A program made the position numbers and the translations under genes. Below are positions 8,631 through 18,731 of a stretch of DNA of 64,000 bases, piece by piece (within the stretch, counting starts at the first letter, position 1; every line of letters starts with the position of its first letter). A model generated the notes under the pieces. It did no database searches. It had not been told where the DNA came from and saw only the letters and a list, made by a program, of their open reading frames with translations. Origin of the DNA: Desulfatiglandales bacterium (GTDB taxonomy: Bacteria; Desulfobacterota; DSM-4660; Desulfatiglandales; Desulfatiglandaceae); NCBI GenBank assembly GCA_963662465.1, contig OY759599.1, positions 5,184,001-5,248,000 on the forward strand. The letters are read 5' to 3'.

Positions 8631-8646
8631 TGGCAAGGATTTTGCA
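8631..8646 (+). promoter_or_regulatory. sigma54 (-24/-12) promoter
   Basis: TGGCAAGGATTTTGCA: GG-N10-GC, matching TGGCAC-N5-TTGC closely; predicted start site about 8657. Confidence 0.7.
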
Positions 8647-8656
8647 GCATTAGCAA

Positions 8657-8865
8657 GACATGTGTTTGGTGAACACAAGTGAGCGCTGTTTGATAAACGA
8701 ATAACATTTTTAAGTATCGTCCGGCTCCAAAATAAGGGAAGCAGTTGATGATGCTTAAAACAGGCTTCTCGGGTGTGCGTGCATCTATTCTTCCGCAATC
8801 TTGAACCGCTTAGGAGGAGAGATTAATTTGGAAGAAAACAACGGCATCTTGGGAAGCCTTTTTTT
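8657..8865 (+). ncRNA. Candidate structured ncRNA with a short 6S-like 3' hairpin
   Basis: Hairpins 8708-8760 and 8762-8859 pair best on the + strand (G-U pairs) and are followed by a U-tract. Carries 6S-like GGTGTGCGTG / TTGAACC / ACGGCATC motifs. No ORF. Confidence 0.6.
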
Positions 8866-8968
8866 ATCATGAAAATACAGCCGTTAGCGATTAGCTGTTA
8901 GCTTGAAAGTTGTAGATGTTTATTTTCATGTCTGGGGGTGAATGCCAACGTGATTCATGGGCGTTTAT
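8866..8968 (+). repeat. Family B ~100-bp dispersed MITE/REP-like element
   Basis: CATGAAAATACAG(CCGTTAG-like)x3...TATTTTCATG-TCTGGGGGTGAAT...CGTGATTCATGGGCGTTTA; near-identical inverted copy at 36294-36395. Confidence 0.85.
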
Positions 8969-9013
8969 CCATAACTCCCTAAGACGCCAAAAAATAATAC
9001 TGAAAACAGACCA

Positions 9014-9742
9014 ATGCCATCCTATCGAGAGCGCACCTACAGACAGAGCGTCCATGCCAAAGACCTGAAATCCTTTCAAGTGGCGGTTGATGAAACCGAT
9101 CTTTGGATTTGCGCGGAATCAGACCTTAAAAAGGAAGCCCATGATCTGGTTTTCATGTTCAGACACCAACTCAAAGCCTATATTGAATTCCATCCCGAAT
9201 TCCTGACATCCCTCCTGCCCTTGGACGATGATCCCTATGCGCCCCCCATTGTCAGGGATATGATCTGGTCCACGAAAAAAGCCAACGTGGGTCCCATGGC
9301 CGCGGTGGCAGGCGCCATGGCGCAACAGGTGGGGGAAGGGCTCCTCAATCGCAGCGATCAAATCATTATTGAAAACGGGGGGGATATTTTTCTGACGGCC
9401 GAACGGCCGCTCACCGTTTCCATTTTTGCGGGCGCTTCACCATTGAGCGAAAAGTTTGGCCTGTGCATTCCCACAAGACAGATGCCCCTTGGCATCTGTT
9501 CCTCTTCGGCAACCGTGGGTCACTCCTTGAGCAAGGGAATTACCGACGTGGTCTGTCTTCTGGCCCGGTCAAGCGCCTTAGCTGACGCCGCAGCCACGGC
9601 CCTGGGAAACCGGGTCAAGAACAAATCAGACCTTGAACATGTGGCTCATTGGGCAGACGAGATCGGCGGAATTCTGGGAGGCGCGGTAATCGTAAAAGAC
9701 CGCATGGCCACATGGGGAGATATCGAACTGGTAGAGATATAA
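9014..9742 (+). CDS. UPF0280 / ApbE-like family protein
   Basis: ETDL, GPMAAVAGA, ENGGDI, ADAAATALGN motifs. Confidence 0.85.
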   Translation: MPSYRERTYRQSVHAKDLKSFQVAVDETDLWICAESDLKKEAHDLVFMFRHQLKAYIEFHPEFLTSLLPLDDDPYAPPIVRDMIWSTKKANVGPMAAVAGAMAQQVGEGLLNRSDQIIIENGGDIFLTAERPLTVSIFAGASPLSEKFGLCIPTRQMPLGICSSSATVGHSLSKGITDVVCLLARSSALADAAATALGNRVKNKSDLEHVAHWADEIGGILGGAVIVKDRMATWGDIELVEI

Positions 9743-9747
9743 AGGCA

Positions 9748-10236
9748 TCACAGATCGTAAAGCGTTTCATCAACCCTTGGCGGCCGCTTTTTCAGACCCT
9801 TGGCGGATTTTTTTCCAAAGGCAAAGGGGTCTTCCCCTTCCAGGAGATCCCCCATTTCAGATTCTATGGCCTCCGGATCCTCGCCCCTTTCCATACGACT
9901 CAGGGCCTCCTCCATGCCATCCCCTAGATTAAGCCCGGTCATATCCGTCAGCTTGCGCATGAGCTTGGCAGCTTGTCTCGGATCATTTTCATCCAAATGC
10001 TCCGATTCCGCCGCCAGCACATTCATGGCCTGTTCCATCTTGCTTTCGTCCAGGTCCGGGAAAGACGAATCCTCTTCTTCGCCCCGATTGCGCGGGGTCG
10101 CAAAGACCGACGGATGTCGTTCCAGTTCAACCTTCCCGCACTCTGGGCACGACGGTCTTTTTTCCGTGTTGATGGTCTTGGAGAGAAAGTTGAACAGGGT
10201 ATGACATTCGGAACAATAGAATTCATATATGGGCAT
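9748..10236 (-). CDS. FmdB-family zinc-ribbon putative regulatory protein
   Basis: MPIYEFYCSEC...CPECG. Confidence 0.85.
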   Translation of the reverse strand: MPIYEFYCSECHTLFNFLSKTINTEKRPSCPECGKVELERHPSVFATPRNRGEEEDSSFPDLDESKMEQAMNVLAAESEHLDENDPRQAAKLMRKLTDMTGLNLGDGMEEALSRMERGEDPEAIESEMGDLLEGEDPFAFGKKSAKGLKKRPPRVDETLYDL

Positions 10237-10399
10237 TGTTTTTACCTTTCTATTTTTAAGTTTTACAAAAACATCTTTTCCGCATCAATGACGTACCCCC
10301 TGGTTCAGATAAATCTTGTCTTTTTTTCGCAGGTTGGTATACTCCCTACTGATTTTTACCGTTAGGGGCTATGCGGTCTCGGTTTTTTGGAGTGAAGGC

Positions 10400-10876
10400 A
10401 TGAAAATTGGCGTACTTTCGGATACCCATCTTTATCAGGTGACCCGAGAACTTTCCGACATATACCGTACTTATCTGTCCGATGTCGACATGATTTTTCA
10501 TGCCGGAGACATTGTTTCTCCTGATATTGTCGCGTTTTTCGAAAAGACTGTTTTTCACGGCGTTCAAGGAAATATGGATCCCCTGGAAATAAAAGCGCTG
10601 CTCCCCGACAAAAAAGTTGTGACCGTGGGACGGCATAGGCTTGGCATTATCCACGGTTGGGGGGCCGCTGATGGCCTGGAAGACCGAATCTTTCCGCTCT
10701 TTCCAAATGTGGATGTGATCGTTTATGGACATTCCCATGTGCCTGCCAATCATGTCCGGGATGGGGTCTTATTTTTTAATCCCGGTACGGCCACGGGATA
10801 CAGCGCTTCCGGCCTACACAGCATCGGCATCCTGGAGGTGGGGGAGTCGGTTCAGGGACGGATTATTCCGATTTAG
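10400..10876 (+). CDS. Metallophosphoesterase (YfcE/MJ0936 family)
   Basis: SDTH, HAGD, GNMD, GHSH, NPG motifs; start moved to ATG 10400. Confidence 0.9.
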   Translation: MKIGVLSDTHLYQVTRELSDIYRTYLSDVDMIFHAGDIVSPDIVAFFEKTVFHGVQGNMDPLEIKALLPDKKVVTVGRHRLGIIHGWGAADGLEDRIFPLFPNVDVIVYGHSHVPANHVRDGVLFFNPGTATGYSASGLHSIGILEVGESVQGRIIPI

Positions 10877-10961
10877 TGGATGGTTTTTTCGTCCTTTTTT
10901 TCATTAACTTAGTCTTTTACATAATCTTTTAGAAATAGGTCTCTGAATGCGGAGGTGGGGC

Positions 10962-11327
10962 ATGAAACAAATCAAGGCGCTTTTGATCATTCTTTTTTTG
11001 CTGCTGGTTGTGGTTTTGTCGGTTCAAAACTATGCGGCTTTAACAACCAAAATCAATTTTAAAGCGAACCTTCTCTTTTTGAATTATGAAACAGCGGGAT
11101 TGTCCGTATTTTTGATTGCGGTGCTGACTTTTCTGGTGGGGGTAGTGCTTACCTGGCTTTTCGGAGTCTCGGAACGCATCGCCTTCAAACGGCAAATCAA
11201 AGCCCTTATAAAGGATGTGAAGAGCAATGAGATGGAGTTGAATTCCCTTCGGAACTTGCCGGTTACAACGGAGGTTATGAATTCAGACGATGATATGAAC
11301 CCCGCTTTCCCTCCCGTCAACACATGA
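10962..11327 (+). CDS. lapA: LapA-family lipopolysaccharide assembly protein
   Basis: Two TM helices with 'VQN', then a coiled tail; GGAGG SD; upstream of lapB. Confidence 0.7.
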   Translation: MKQIKALLIILFLLLVVVLSVQNYAALTTKINFKANLLFLNYETAGLSVFLIAVLTFLVGVVLTWLFGVSERIAFKRQIKALIKDVKSNEMELNSLRNLPVTTEVMNSDDDMNPAFPPVNT

Positions 11328-11355
11328 TCATGCAGTCTCTTTGAAAGAGATTCCC

Positions 11356-12579
11356 ATGCTGGAATCAACCTGGCAATGGTTTTTTGGCGGTGGAAGCCAA
11401 CAGATCCTTCTGACCGCCATTGTTTTCCTTTTAATCGGACTCTTTCTGGGGTCGCGTATTCGATCGCCCACGGAAAACAAGCAACCACAGGCAACAAACA
11501 GAGGGGACAGCTCTTTTTTTAAAGGGGTGCAATACCTTCTTTCCAATGACCATGACCAGGCCATCGAGGAATTTACAAAATCCGTTCAAGTGAATTCGAA
11601 TACCATCGAAACCTATGTCACCTTAGGGAATCTTTATCGATCAAAAGGCGATATCGATCGTGCCATCAGAATCCGGCAAAATATCATTTTACGTCCCAAT
11701 ATTGATGAACAAAGCAAAATCGGGGCGCTTTTCGATCTGGGCAAAGACTATCAAAAAGGCGGTTTCTTGAATCGTGCCCTGAAGACATTTCTTCAGGTCT
11801 CCACCAAAAATCCCGGCGACGTACGAACCCTCAAAGAAATTGAACGGATCTATGAAGGTCTGAAAGACTGGGAAAACGCTTATGCTACCCGGCAAAAAAT
11901 CGCCAGGCTTGAAAAAGGCCGTCACGACCATATCCTGGCGCATCATTTGGTGGAAGCGGGGAAAGTTTATCAGGAAAAGGATGATGTCGGCAAAGCCAGA
12001 ACCCTTTTCACCAAAGCGATCTCTATTCAAAAAGAGTGTGTTGACGCTTACCTGCACCTGGGAGATCTCTACCTGAAAAAGCAAGAATACAAAAAAGCCA
12101 TTGCCGCATGGAAAAAAGTGGCCGAAGTCATGCCCCAGTTTACATTCCTGGCCTATGGCCGCCTGGAAGGGGCCTACACGAAGATGAAAAACCTGGAACC
12201 GGTGGAAGTTTTCCTGAAAGAATGCGTTCGGTCCAATCCGGATGCTTTTACCCATATGGCATTGGCCCGGTATTTATACAACAGGGATGACATGGCGGGC
12301 GCCTTAAAGGAGATTACCAATGCTCTTTCATTGAACCCCGGCTTTTGGGAGGCAAGACGATTCAGAGGGCAGATGCTTTTAACCAAGGGCGCCGTTGAGG
12401 ATGTCCTGGCAGACTACGGCGAAATTATAGAAGGCCTGAACGTGCCCTATCTCAGGTTCAGATGCGTTCAGTGCGGTTTTGAGCCAAGCGAACTCCTGTG
12501 GCAATGTCCCCAGTGCAACCGATGGGATACGATTGGGCTAATCAATGATACGGAGCCCCCTGTTGATTCGATTTGTTGA
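11356..12579 (+). CDS. lapB: LPS assembly protein B (TPR plus C-terminal rubredoxin)
   Basis: N-terminal TM; 'LGNLYRSKGDIDRAIRIRQ'; C-terminal CVQCG...WQCPQCNRW. Confidence 0.85.
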   Translation: MLESTWQWFFGGGSQQILLTAIVFLLIGLFLGSRIRSPTENKQPQATNRGDSSFFKGVQYLLSNDHDQAIEEFTKSVQVNSNTIETYVTLGNLYRSKGDIDRAIRIRQNIILRPNIDEQSKIGALFDLGKDYQKGGFLNRALKTFLQVSTKNPGDVRTLKEIERIYEGLKDWENAYATRQKIARLEKGRHDHILAHHLVEAGKVYQEKDDVGKARTLFTKAISIQKECVDAYLHLGDLYLKKQEYKKAIAAWKKVAEVMPQFTFLAYGRLEGAYTKMKNLEPVEVFLKECVRSNPDAFTHMALARYLYNRDDMAGALKEITNALSLNPGFWEARRFRGQMLLTKGAVEDVLADYGEIIEGLNVPYLRFRCVQCGFEPSELLWQCPQCNRWDTIGLINDTEPPVDSIC

Positions 12580-12588
12580 TTAGCGCTC

Positions 12589-12605
12589 TTTTAAGTTTTA
12601 GGTTT
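12589..12605. repeat. TTTTAAG heptamer remnant (family A)
   Basis: TTTTAAGTTTTAGGTTT just before the mutS start. Confidence 0.45.
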
Positions 12606-12612
12606 ATATTAA

Positions 12613-15234
12613 ATGACCCAACTGACCCCCATGCTGAGACAATTTATGGGCATCAAGGATGCGTTTCCCGATGCCATTTTATTTTTTCGCATGGGTGATT
12701 TTTATGAAATGTTTTTTGAAGATGCGAAGATTGCATCAAAAATTCTAGGCATTACGCTGACTTCCCGCGGAACTTTCAACGGAAATAAGGTTCCCATGTG
12801 CGGCATCCCCCACCACGCCTATCAGTCCTATATCGGCAAACTCGTTGACAGCGGCTGGAAGGTGGCGGTCTGCGAACAGGTGGAAGACCCGAAAGCCGCC
12901 AAGGGAATTGTCAAAAGAGAAGTGGTCCGGGTGGTCACCCCCGGGTCACTGGTGGATGAAAAAGAGTTCGACCGGAAAACAAACCTCTATATGGCGGCCG
13001 TTTGGGGGGGAGAAGACGTCTATGGCCTGGCCCATGCGGACCTCTCCACGGGTGAATTTCGACTGACTGAAATGAATTCCATCGAGGCCCTGTTGGACGA
13101 ACTGGGGAGAATTGACCCGGCTGAATTATTGCTCTCAAAACTTGACCGCAGAACCCGGCAAGCGGATCTTTCCCGGTACCGCCTGGAAATACTGGCCGGA
13201 GAGACCTTTGATCCCCTTAAAGCGGATGCCCTGCTGAAGGAGCAGCTTGCGGTGGGATCTCTGATCGGTTTTGGGTGCGAGGGCATGGACAGCGGCGTCA
13301 TTGCGGCGGGGGCACTGGTGGCCTATCTCAGAGAAACCCAAAAAGGGTTCCCCCCCCATATCAAAGAGATCATCACCTACCATATGGGTGAATTCATGGT
13401 ATTGGACGTATCCACCTGCACCCATCTGGAGCTGCTGAAAACCATTCGGGGACAATCCGCCAAGGGATCATTGTTTCAAATTCTGGATCAATCGGTCACG
13501 CCCATGGGCAGCCGCCTGCTAAAGAACTGGATCGCCTATCCTCTGGTTCATATGGACCCTATTCGACAACGACTGGCCGGGGTTGCCTGGTTGAAGGATG
13601 ACCCCGCCTTGAGGCAAGTGGTTCGAAGCGAATTGGGAGAGATCTATGATATGGCCCGATTGAACGGCAGAATTGCCATGAAAAGGGCCAATGCCAGAGA
13701 CCTGTTGGCGCTGATGTCCTCCATTCTGAGGCTCCCTGCCGTAAAAGCCGCGCTGACGGGGTCTTCAAGCATTCTTCTCTCAGAACTGGCTTCGAAATTG
13801 GACACACTCGATGATGTGGCAAGTCTGATCCGGGAGGCCATCCATGAAGATCCCCCGGTTTCCATCAAAGATGGCGGCATTATTCGGGAGGGGTACAGCG
13901 ACGCATTGGATAAATTGGTTGCGCTAAGCCGGGATGGAAAAAGCTGGATTGCCGGTTTTGCCGCATCTGAAAAGGCGCGAACCGGAATCAGCAGCCTGAA
14001 GGTGGGGTTCAACAAGGTATTTGGCTATTACATGGAAATCTCAAAAGCCAACTTGCACCTGGCGCCCTCGGATTATATTCGAAAACAAACCCTGGTAAAC
14101 GGGGAGCGCTATATTACGGAAGATTTGAAACGCAAAGAAGGTGAAGTCTTGGGCGCCGAGGAAAAACGGGTCGCTCTGGAGCAGGATATTTTTGAAGCGG
14201 TTCGAACCCAAATCAGTTTTGAGAACCAACGCATCCGGGAAACAACCGATGTTATCGCTCAAATCGACGCCCTGGCCGGTCTTGCCGAAACGGCGGAACG
14301 AAACCATTATACGTGCCCCGAAATCAATGATAGCGCCGACCTGGACATTGTTCAAGGGCGACATCCGGTGGTTGAACAGACCGTCAAGGGTGAGGATTTT
14401 GTCCCCAACGACATCCATCTGGACGCTCAAAAACAGCAGGTCATGATTCTCACGGGACCCAATATGGCCGGGAAATCCACCATTTTGCGGCAAACGGCGC
14501 TGACGGTGCTCATGGCCCAGATGGGCGGTTTTGTGCCCGCTGAAAAGGCGGTCATCGGCATCGTGGACCGCATATTCACCAGGGTTGGCGCCTCCGACGA
14601 CCTGGCCGGGGGCCGAAGCACTTTCATGGTGGAAATGAACGAAACCGCCAATATCCTAAGACATTCATCGCCCAGGAGCCTGGTGGTTCTGGATGAAATC
14701 GGTCGTGGAACCAGCACTTACGATGGATTGAGCATTGCCTGGGCCGTGGCGGAGGCCCTTCATGACAGGGCCGGCAAAGGGGTGCGAACGCTTTTTGCCA
14801 CCCACTACCATGAACTGACGGAACTCGTGACCACCAAACACAGGGTGAAGAACTTCAACATCGCGGTTCGGGAATGGAATGACAATATCTTTTTTTTGCG
14901 AAAGCTGGCGCCGGGCGGAACCAGTCGAAGTTACGGCATCCAAGTGGCCCGAATTGCCGGCCTTCCGGAGGAAGTGATCAAACGGGCCATGGAAATACTT
15001 AAAAATCTGGAAGGGGGTGAAATGGATGAAACGGGCAAGCCGCGTTTGGCGCACACGGTTGGAAAAAAAGAGAACCTAACTAAAGAAAAGAGAATGGTGC
15101 AGTTGGACCTTTTCGGATCTCGCGACCGGAAGTTAAGAAAATGGATTAAAGATCTGAACATAGACGTCATGACCCCGGTGGACGCTTTAATGGCGTTGAA
15201 CAACCTGAAAAAACGGTTATCCTCGGACCCATGA
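12613..15234 (+). CDS. mutS: DNA mismatch repair protein MutS
   Basis: FFRMGDFYEMF, TGPNMAGKST, STFMVEM, DEIGRGT, FATHYHEL. Confidence 0.98.
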   Translation: MTQLTPMLRQFMGIKDAFPDAILFFRMGDFYEMFFEDAKIASKILGITLTSRGTFNGNKVPMCGIPHHAYQSYIGKLVDSGWKVAVCEQVEDPKAAKGIVKREVVRVVTPGSLVDEKEFDRKTNLYMAAVWGGEDVYGLAHADLSTGEFRLTEMNSIEALLDELGRIDPAELLLSKLDRRTRQADLSRYRLEILAGETFDPLKADALLKEQLAVGSLIGFGCEGMDSGVIAAGALVAYLRETQKGFPPHIKEIITYHMGEFMVLDVSTCTHLELLKTIRGQSAKGSLFQILDQSVTPMGSRLLKNWIAYPLVHMDPIRQRLAGVAWLKDDPALRQVVRSELGEIYDMARLNGRIAMKRANARDLLALMSSILRLPAVKAALTGSSSILLSELASKLDTLDDVASLIREAIHEDPPVSIKDGGIIREGYSDALDKLVALSRDGKSWIAGFAASEKARTGISSLKVGFNKVFGYYMEISKANLHLAPSDYIRKQTLVNGERYITEDLKRKEGEVLGAEEKRVALEQDIFEAVRTQISFENQRIRETTDVIAQIDALAGLAETAERNHYTCPEINDSADLDIVQGRHPVVEQTVKGEDFVPNDIHLDAQKQQVMILTGPNMAGKSTILRQTALTVLMAQMGGFVPAEKAVIGIVDRIFTRVGASDDLAGGRSTFMVEMNETANILRHSSPRSLVVLDEIGRGTSTYDGLSIAWAVAEALHDRAGKGVRTLFATHYHELTELVTTKHRVKNFNIAVREWNDNIFFLRKLAPGGTSRSYGIQVARIAGLPEEVIKRAMEILKNLEGGEMDETGKPRLAHTVGKKENLTKEKRMVQLDLFGSRDRKLRKWIKDLNIDVMTPVDALMALNNLKKRLSSDP

Positions 15235-16976
15235 AACAGAGACCCCTCTATTTTATTATCGCATGCCTTGTGGTCGCCTTTTTGATCGCCCCGCTGCATG
15301 GGGCAAAGGCCGAAAGCAACGCGAAAATTCTGCTTCAAAAGGCGGATCGTTCAAGAAAAGACCTTTACGGTTCATCTAAGAAAAAGCGTTATCGTCACAA
15401 CTGGATTAAATGCGCGGACCGGTACCGAAAGATCTACAGTTCTTATCCGAAAAACGATGAGGCCGCCTGGGCCCTTTATCGCGCAGCCGATCTCTACGCC
15501 AAACTCCATAAATACTCCCATGAATCCAAAGATTTGGATGCAGCCCTAACCCTTTACCGAAAGCTGGCGACGCAGCACAAAAAACATTTCCTGGCCGATG
15601 ATGCCCAATACAAAATCGGCGAGATCTATTACAAAATAAAAAAAAATCCTTCCCAGGCCTATGTGGAATTCCTGAAGGTGGATGTCAGATTTCCCAAAGG
15701 AGACATGCGTCCTAAAGCCAAAAAGAGGCTCGACCAGCTGGCGATAACTCTGAACAAAAAAATAAAACGGGAGAACGGGGACCCGGGATCGATTTCAGAA
15801 AACGGACGGGCCATGGTTAAGGATATTCGTTACTGGTCAACCCCTAATTACACCCGCGTGGTGATTGACGTGAAATCGCCGGTTAAATACGAACACCATC
15901 TTTTGGCGCCCGATCCCGACCGGAAAAAGCCGCGCAGGCTGTACCTGGACCTTCAAAATGCCCGTGTCGGCAAGCGTATCGACAGCGTGGTACCCATTAA
16001 GGATGACCTGCTTCAAAAAGCCAGGGCCGGACAATACACGGAAAATACGGTGCGGGTGGTTCTGGATATGGAGAAACTGGGAGGATACAATGTATTTCAC
16101 CTCTATGATCCGTTTCGTATCGTGGTGGATGTGCGCGGATTTGAAAAAGAGAAAACCAAACCCCAATCCGAGGGTCGGGGCGAAAAATCTTTCGCCCCGA
16201 CAGCAAAAAAACGGAAAATAAGGCGCGGCATTCGAAAAGCCGGGGAACCGGATCAAACCATTTCCCTGGCCCGGCAGCTCGGGTTGAATGTGAACCGAAT
16301 CGTCATTGATCCGGGCCATGGCGGCAAAGACCCGGGTTGCAAATCTCACGGAAAATACCTGGAAAAAGATATTACCCTGGCGCTTGCAAAACGGTTGGCA
16401 ATCAGACTGAAAAAAGAAATCGGCTGTGAAGTTGTTCTCACACGGGACAAAGACGTTTTTCTCTCCCTGGAACAAAGAACCGCCATCGCCAATATGAGAA
16501 AAGCGGATCTTTTTATTTCACTGCATGTCAATGCCCATAAGGACAACCGAATTCATGGGCTGGAAACCTATTTTTTAAACATGGCCACGGATCAGCAAGC
16601 CGTAATGGTGGCGGCACGGGAAAATGCCACCTCGGAAAAAAGCATCAGCGACCTTCAAACCATCCTGAACGATCTGATGCTCAATACTAAAATCCGTGAA
16701 TCCAGCAGGCTGGCCCATCAGGTTCAAAACGGCATGGTGGGAAACGCCGAGAAACGGTACAAAAAGATTAAAAGCCTTGGCGTCAAGCAAGCCCCTTTTT
16801 ACGTTCTCATTGGCGCTCAGATGCCGGCAGTTCTGGTGGAAATAGGCTTTTTGAGCAACCGCTCTGAAAGAAAAAGGCTGTTGAGCAAAACATACCAGGA
16901 ACGGCTGGCCGTCGGCATCTGCGACGGCATAAAATTGTACATCGAAAGTATCGATCAGAGCTATCAGGAAGGATAA
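15231..16976 (+). CDS. N-acetylmuramoyl-L-alanine amidase (TPR, AMIN and Amidase_3 domains)
   Basis: IDPGHGGKDPG, ISLHVNA, VLVEIGF; AMIN 'RVVIDV'/'RVVLDM' segments. Confidence 0.92.
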   Translation: MKQRPLYFIIACLVVAFLIAPLHGAKAESNAKILLQKADRSRKDLYGSSKKKRYRHNWIKCADRYRKIYSSYPKNDEAAWALYRAADLYAKLHKYSHESKDLDAALTLYRKLATQHKKHFLADDAQYKIGEIYYKIKKNPSQAYVEFLKVDVRFPKGDMRPKAKKRLDQLAITLNKKIKRENGDPGSISENGRAMVKDIRYWSTPNYTRVVIDVKSPVKYEHHLLAPDPDRKKPRRLYLDLQNARVGKRIDSVVPIKDDLLQKARAGQYTENTVRVVLDMEKLGGYNVFHLYDPFRIVVDVRGFEKEKTKPQSEGRGEKSFAPTAKKRKIRRGIRKAGEPDQTISLARQLGLNVNRIVIDPGHGGKDPGCKSHGKYLEKDITLALAKRLAIRLKKEIGCEVVLTRDKDVFLSLEQRTAIANMRKADLFISLHVNAHKDNRIHGLETYFLNMATDQQAVMVAARENATSEKSISDLQTILNDLMLNTKIRESSRLAHQVQNGMVGNAEKRYKKIKSLGVKQAPFYVLIGAQMPAVLVEIGFLSNRSERKRLLSKTYQERLAVGICDGIKLYIESIDQSYQEG

Positions 16977-16979
16977 GGA

Positions 16980-18075
16980 CTATTTCATCTTTAAATAGGC
17001 ATCAATGAAACCATCAATGCCCCCATCCATCACTTTTTCCACATTGCCGTCATCCACCTGGGTGCGATGGTCCTTCACCATCCGGTAAGGATTGAAAACA
17101 TAGGAACGAATCTGGCTTCCCCATGCAATATCTTTCTGGGTTTGATGCATTTCCTGCTTTTTCTGGTCCAGTTTATTTTTTTCCAGATCGTAGAGCTTCG
17201 ATTTCAGCACTTTCATGGCCATATCTTTGTTGCGATGTTGCGACTTTTCATTCTGACACTGAACCACAATTTTAGTGGGCAGGTGCGTAATTCTGATGGC
17301 GGAACTGGTCTTATTGACATGTTGCCCCCCGGGACCGCTCGCCCGAAAGGTGTCAATTCTCAAATCATTGTCGTCCACTTCGATGTTGATATCCTGATCT
17401 ACCTCCGGAAGCACTGAAACGGAGGCAAAGGAGGTATGTCTTCGACCCGTTGCGTCAAAGGGCGAAATTCGGACCATGCGGTGAATACCATGCTCGGATT
17501 TCATATACCCATAGGCATAAGGCCCCGTGACCGTAAAATCCACATTCTTGACGCCTGCTTCATCGCCCGCCAGATAATCGATAACCTGGACTTTCATCCC
17601 CTTTCCCTCAGCCCACCGGACATACATCCTGAAGAGCATTTCCACCCAATCCTGGGCTTCGGTCCCTCCGGCGCCCGCATTAATGGCGACAATGGCATTC
17701 CGCTGGTCATCGGGTTTGCCCAGTAGCGATCTGAGTTCCAGGGCCTCAATATGCTTCTGAAGGCTTTTCACTTCCAGGCCGACTTCTTTCAGTGTGGCCT
17801 CATCCTTCTCCTCAATGGCCATTTCCGCCATCAAACCGGCATCTTCGGTTTGCTTGAAAAGATCCTGCCATGATTCAACCTGTTCACTGAGAACCGACCG
17901 TTTCTGGTTCAACCGGGATATCTCATCCTGGTCCCTTTGCCAGAAATCGGCCTTGCTCATGAGATTTTCCAGCTCTTCAAGCTTGAGTTTCTGGTTGTCT
18001 AAGTCAAAGATGACCTCGTAGCGCATTTAACTGTCCCATCACCGTTTCGATCTTTTCCGTAATTTCATCAAACAT
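16980..18075 (-). CDS. prfB: Peptide chain release factor 2, with a programmed +1 frameshift
   Basis: SPF and GGQ motifs. True start ATG 18075 (SD GGGAGG); codon 23 CTT then TGA-C at 18009-18003. Confidence 0.97.
18003..18018 (-). other. RF2 +1 frameshift cassette
   Basis: CGAGGT-CAT-CTT-TGA-C: internal SD, slippery Leu codon, UGA. Confidence 0.95.
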
Positions 18076-18143
18076 GGTATTCCTCCCGTGTCTGGTTGTT
18101 ATGCTTAAGGGTTATGGACATTTCACTTTGCATCGACGACAAC

Positions 18144-18638
18144 TCATTCCCGAATAGCCCGACCCCGAGAAATGAATGAAATGCCCTGCTGGGTTTTGGT
18201 TCCGATCATAATGCTTTCAATAATGGGCGCATTGACCGCCACATCGGATTTCCATTTCACCATAAAATTGGCGCCCGATCCACCGCTCTTATCCGATTCC
18301 TTGATGATATAACGTATTGTGGCCAGGGAATTGAGATTGACCGGTGTTTCCAGGTACCGTCGCAGGAGTGTCCCCTTTGAATCATAATAGTCCGCAGTGA
18401 GAATGGTAATGACATGTTTCGGATCCGTGTTCCTAACACTGAGCGTCGCTGCCAGGTAAAAGGGGTGTTCACGGTCGCCACTGTAAATATGGGAATAAAC
18501 AGGCGTGTAAACCGTTTGTCCTTTGGAGATGATTATTTCCGAGGCTGCGGTTGCCAAAGTGATTTTAAAAACCAAACAGCCGAAAAAGAGCAGTGCAAAA
18601 GAAAAAGACCTTAAGATTTGATGTCGTTTATTTCTCAT
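18144..18638 (-). CDS. DUF3124-family exported protein
   Basis: GQTVYTPVYSHIY, TLSVRNTD, GGSGANFMVKW; start probably ATG 18638. Confidence 0.8.
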   Translation of the reverse strand: MRNKRHQILRSFSFALLFFGCLVFKITLATAASEIIISKGQTVYTPVYSHIYSGDREHPFYLAATLSVRNTDPKHVITILTADYYDSKGTLLRRYLETPVNLNSLATIRYIIKESDKSGGSGANFMVKWKSDVAVNAPIIESIMIGTKTQQGISFISRGRAIRE

Positions 18639-18731
18639 TTTCCAGTGTCCCCCAACCGGTTTTATTCTTCTGGATCTATACCACAAAAAGGGAAAAAAAT
18701 CCTGACATTTTCCTTCACTTTTATGTTCCCA

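Noticed and set aside
16980..18026. prfB as truncated or a pseudogene
   Set aside because: Explained by the canonical programmed frameshift
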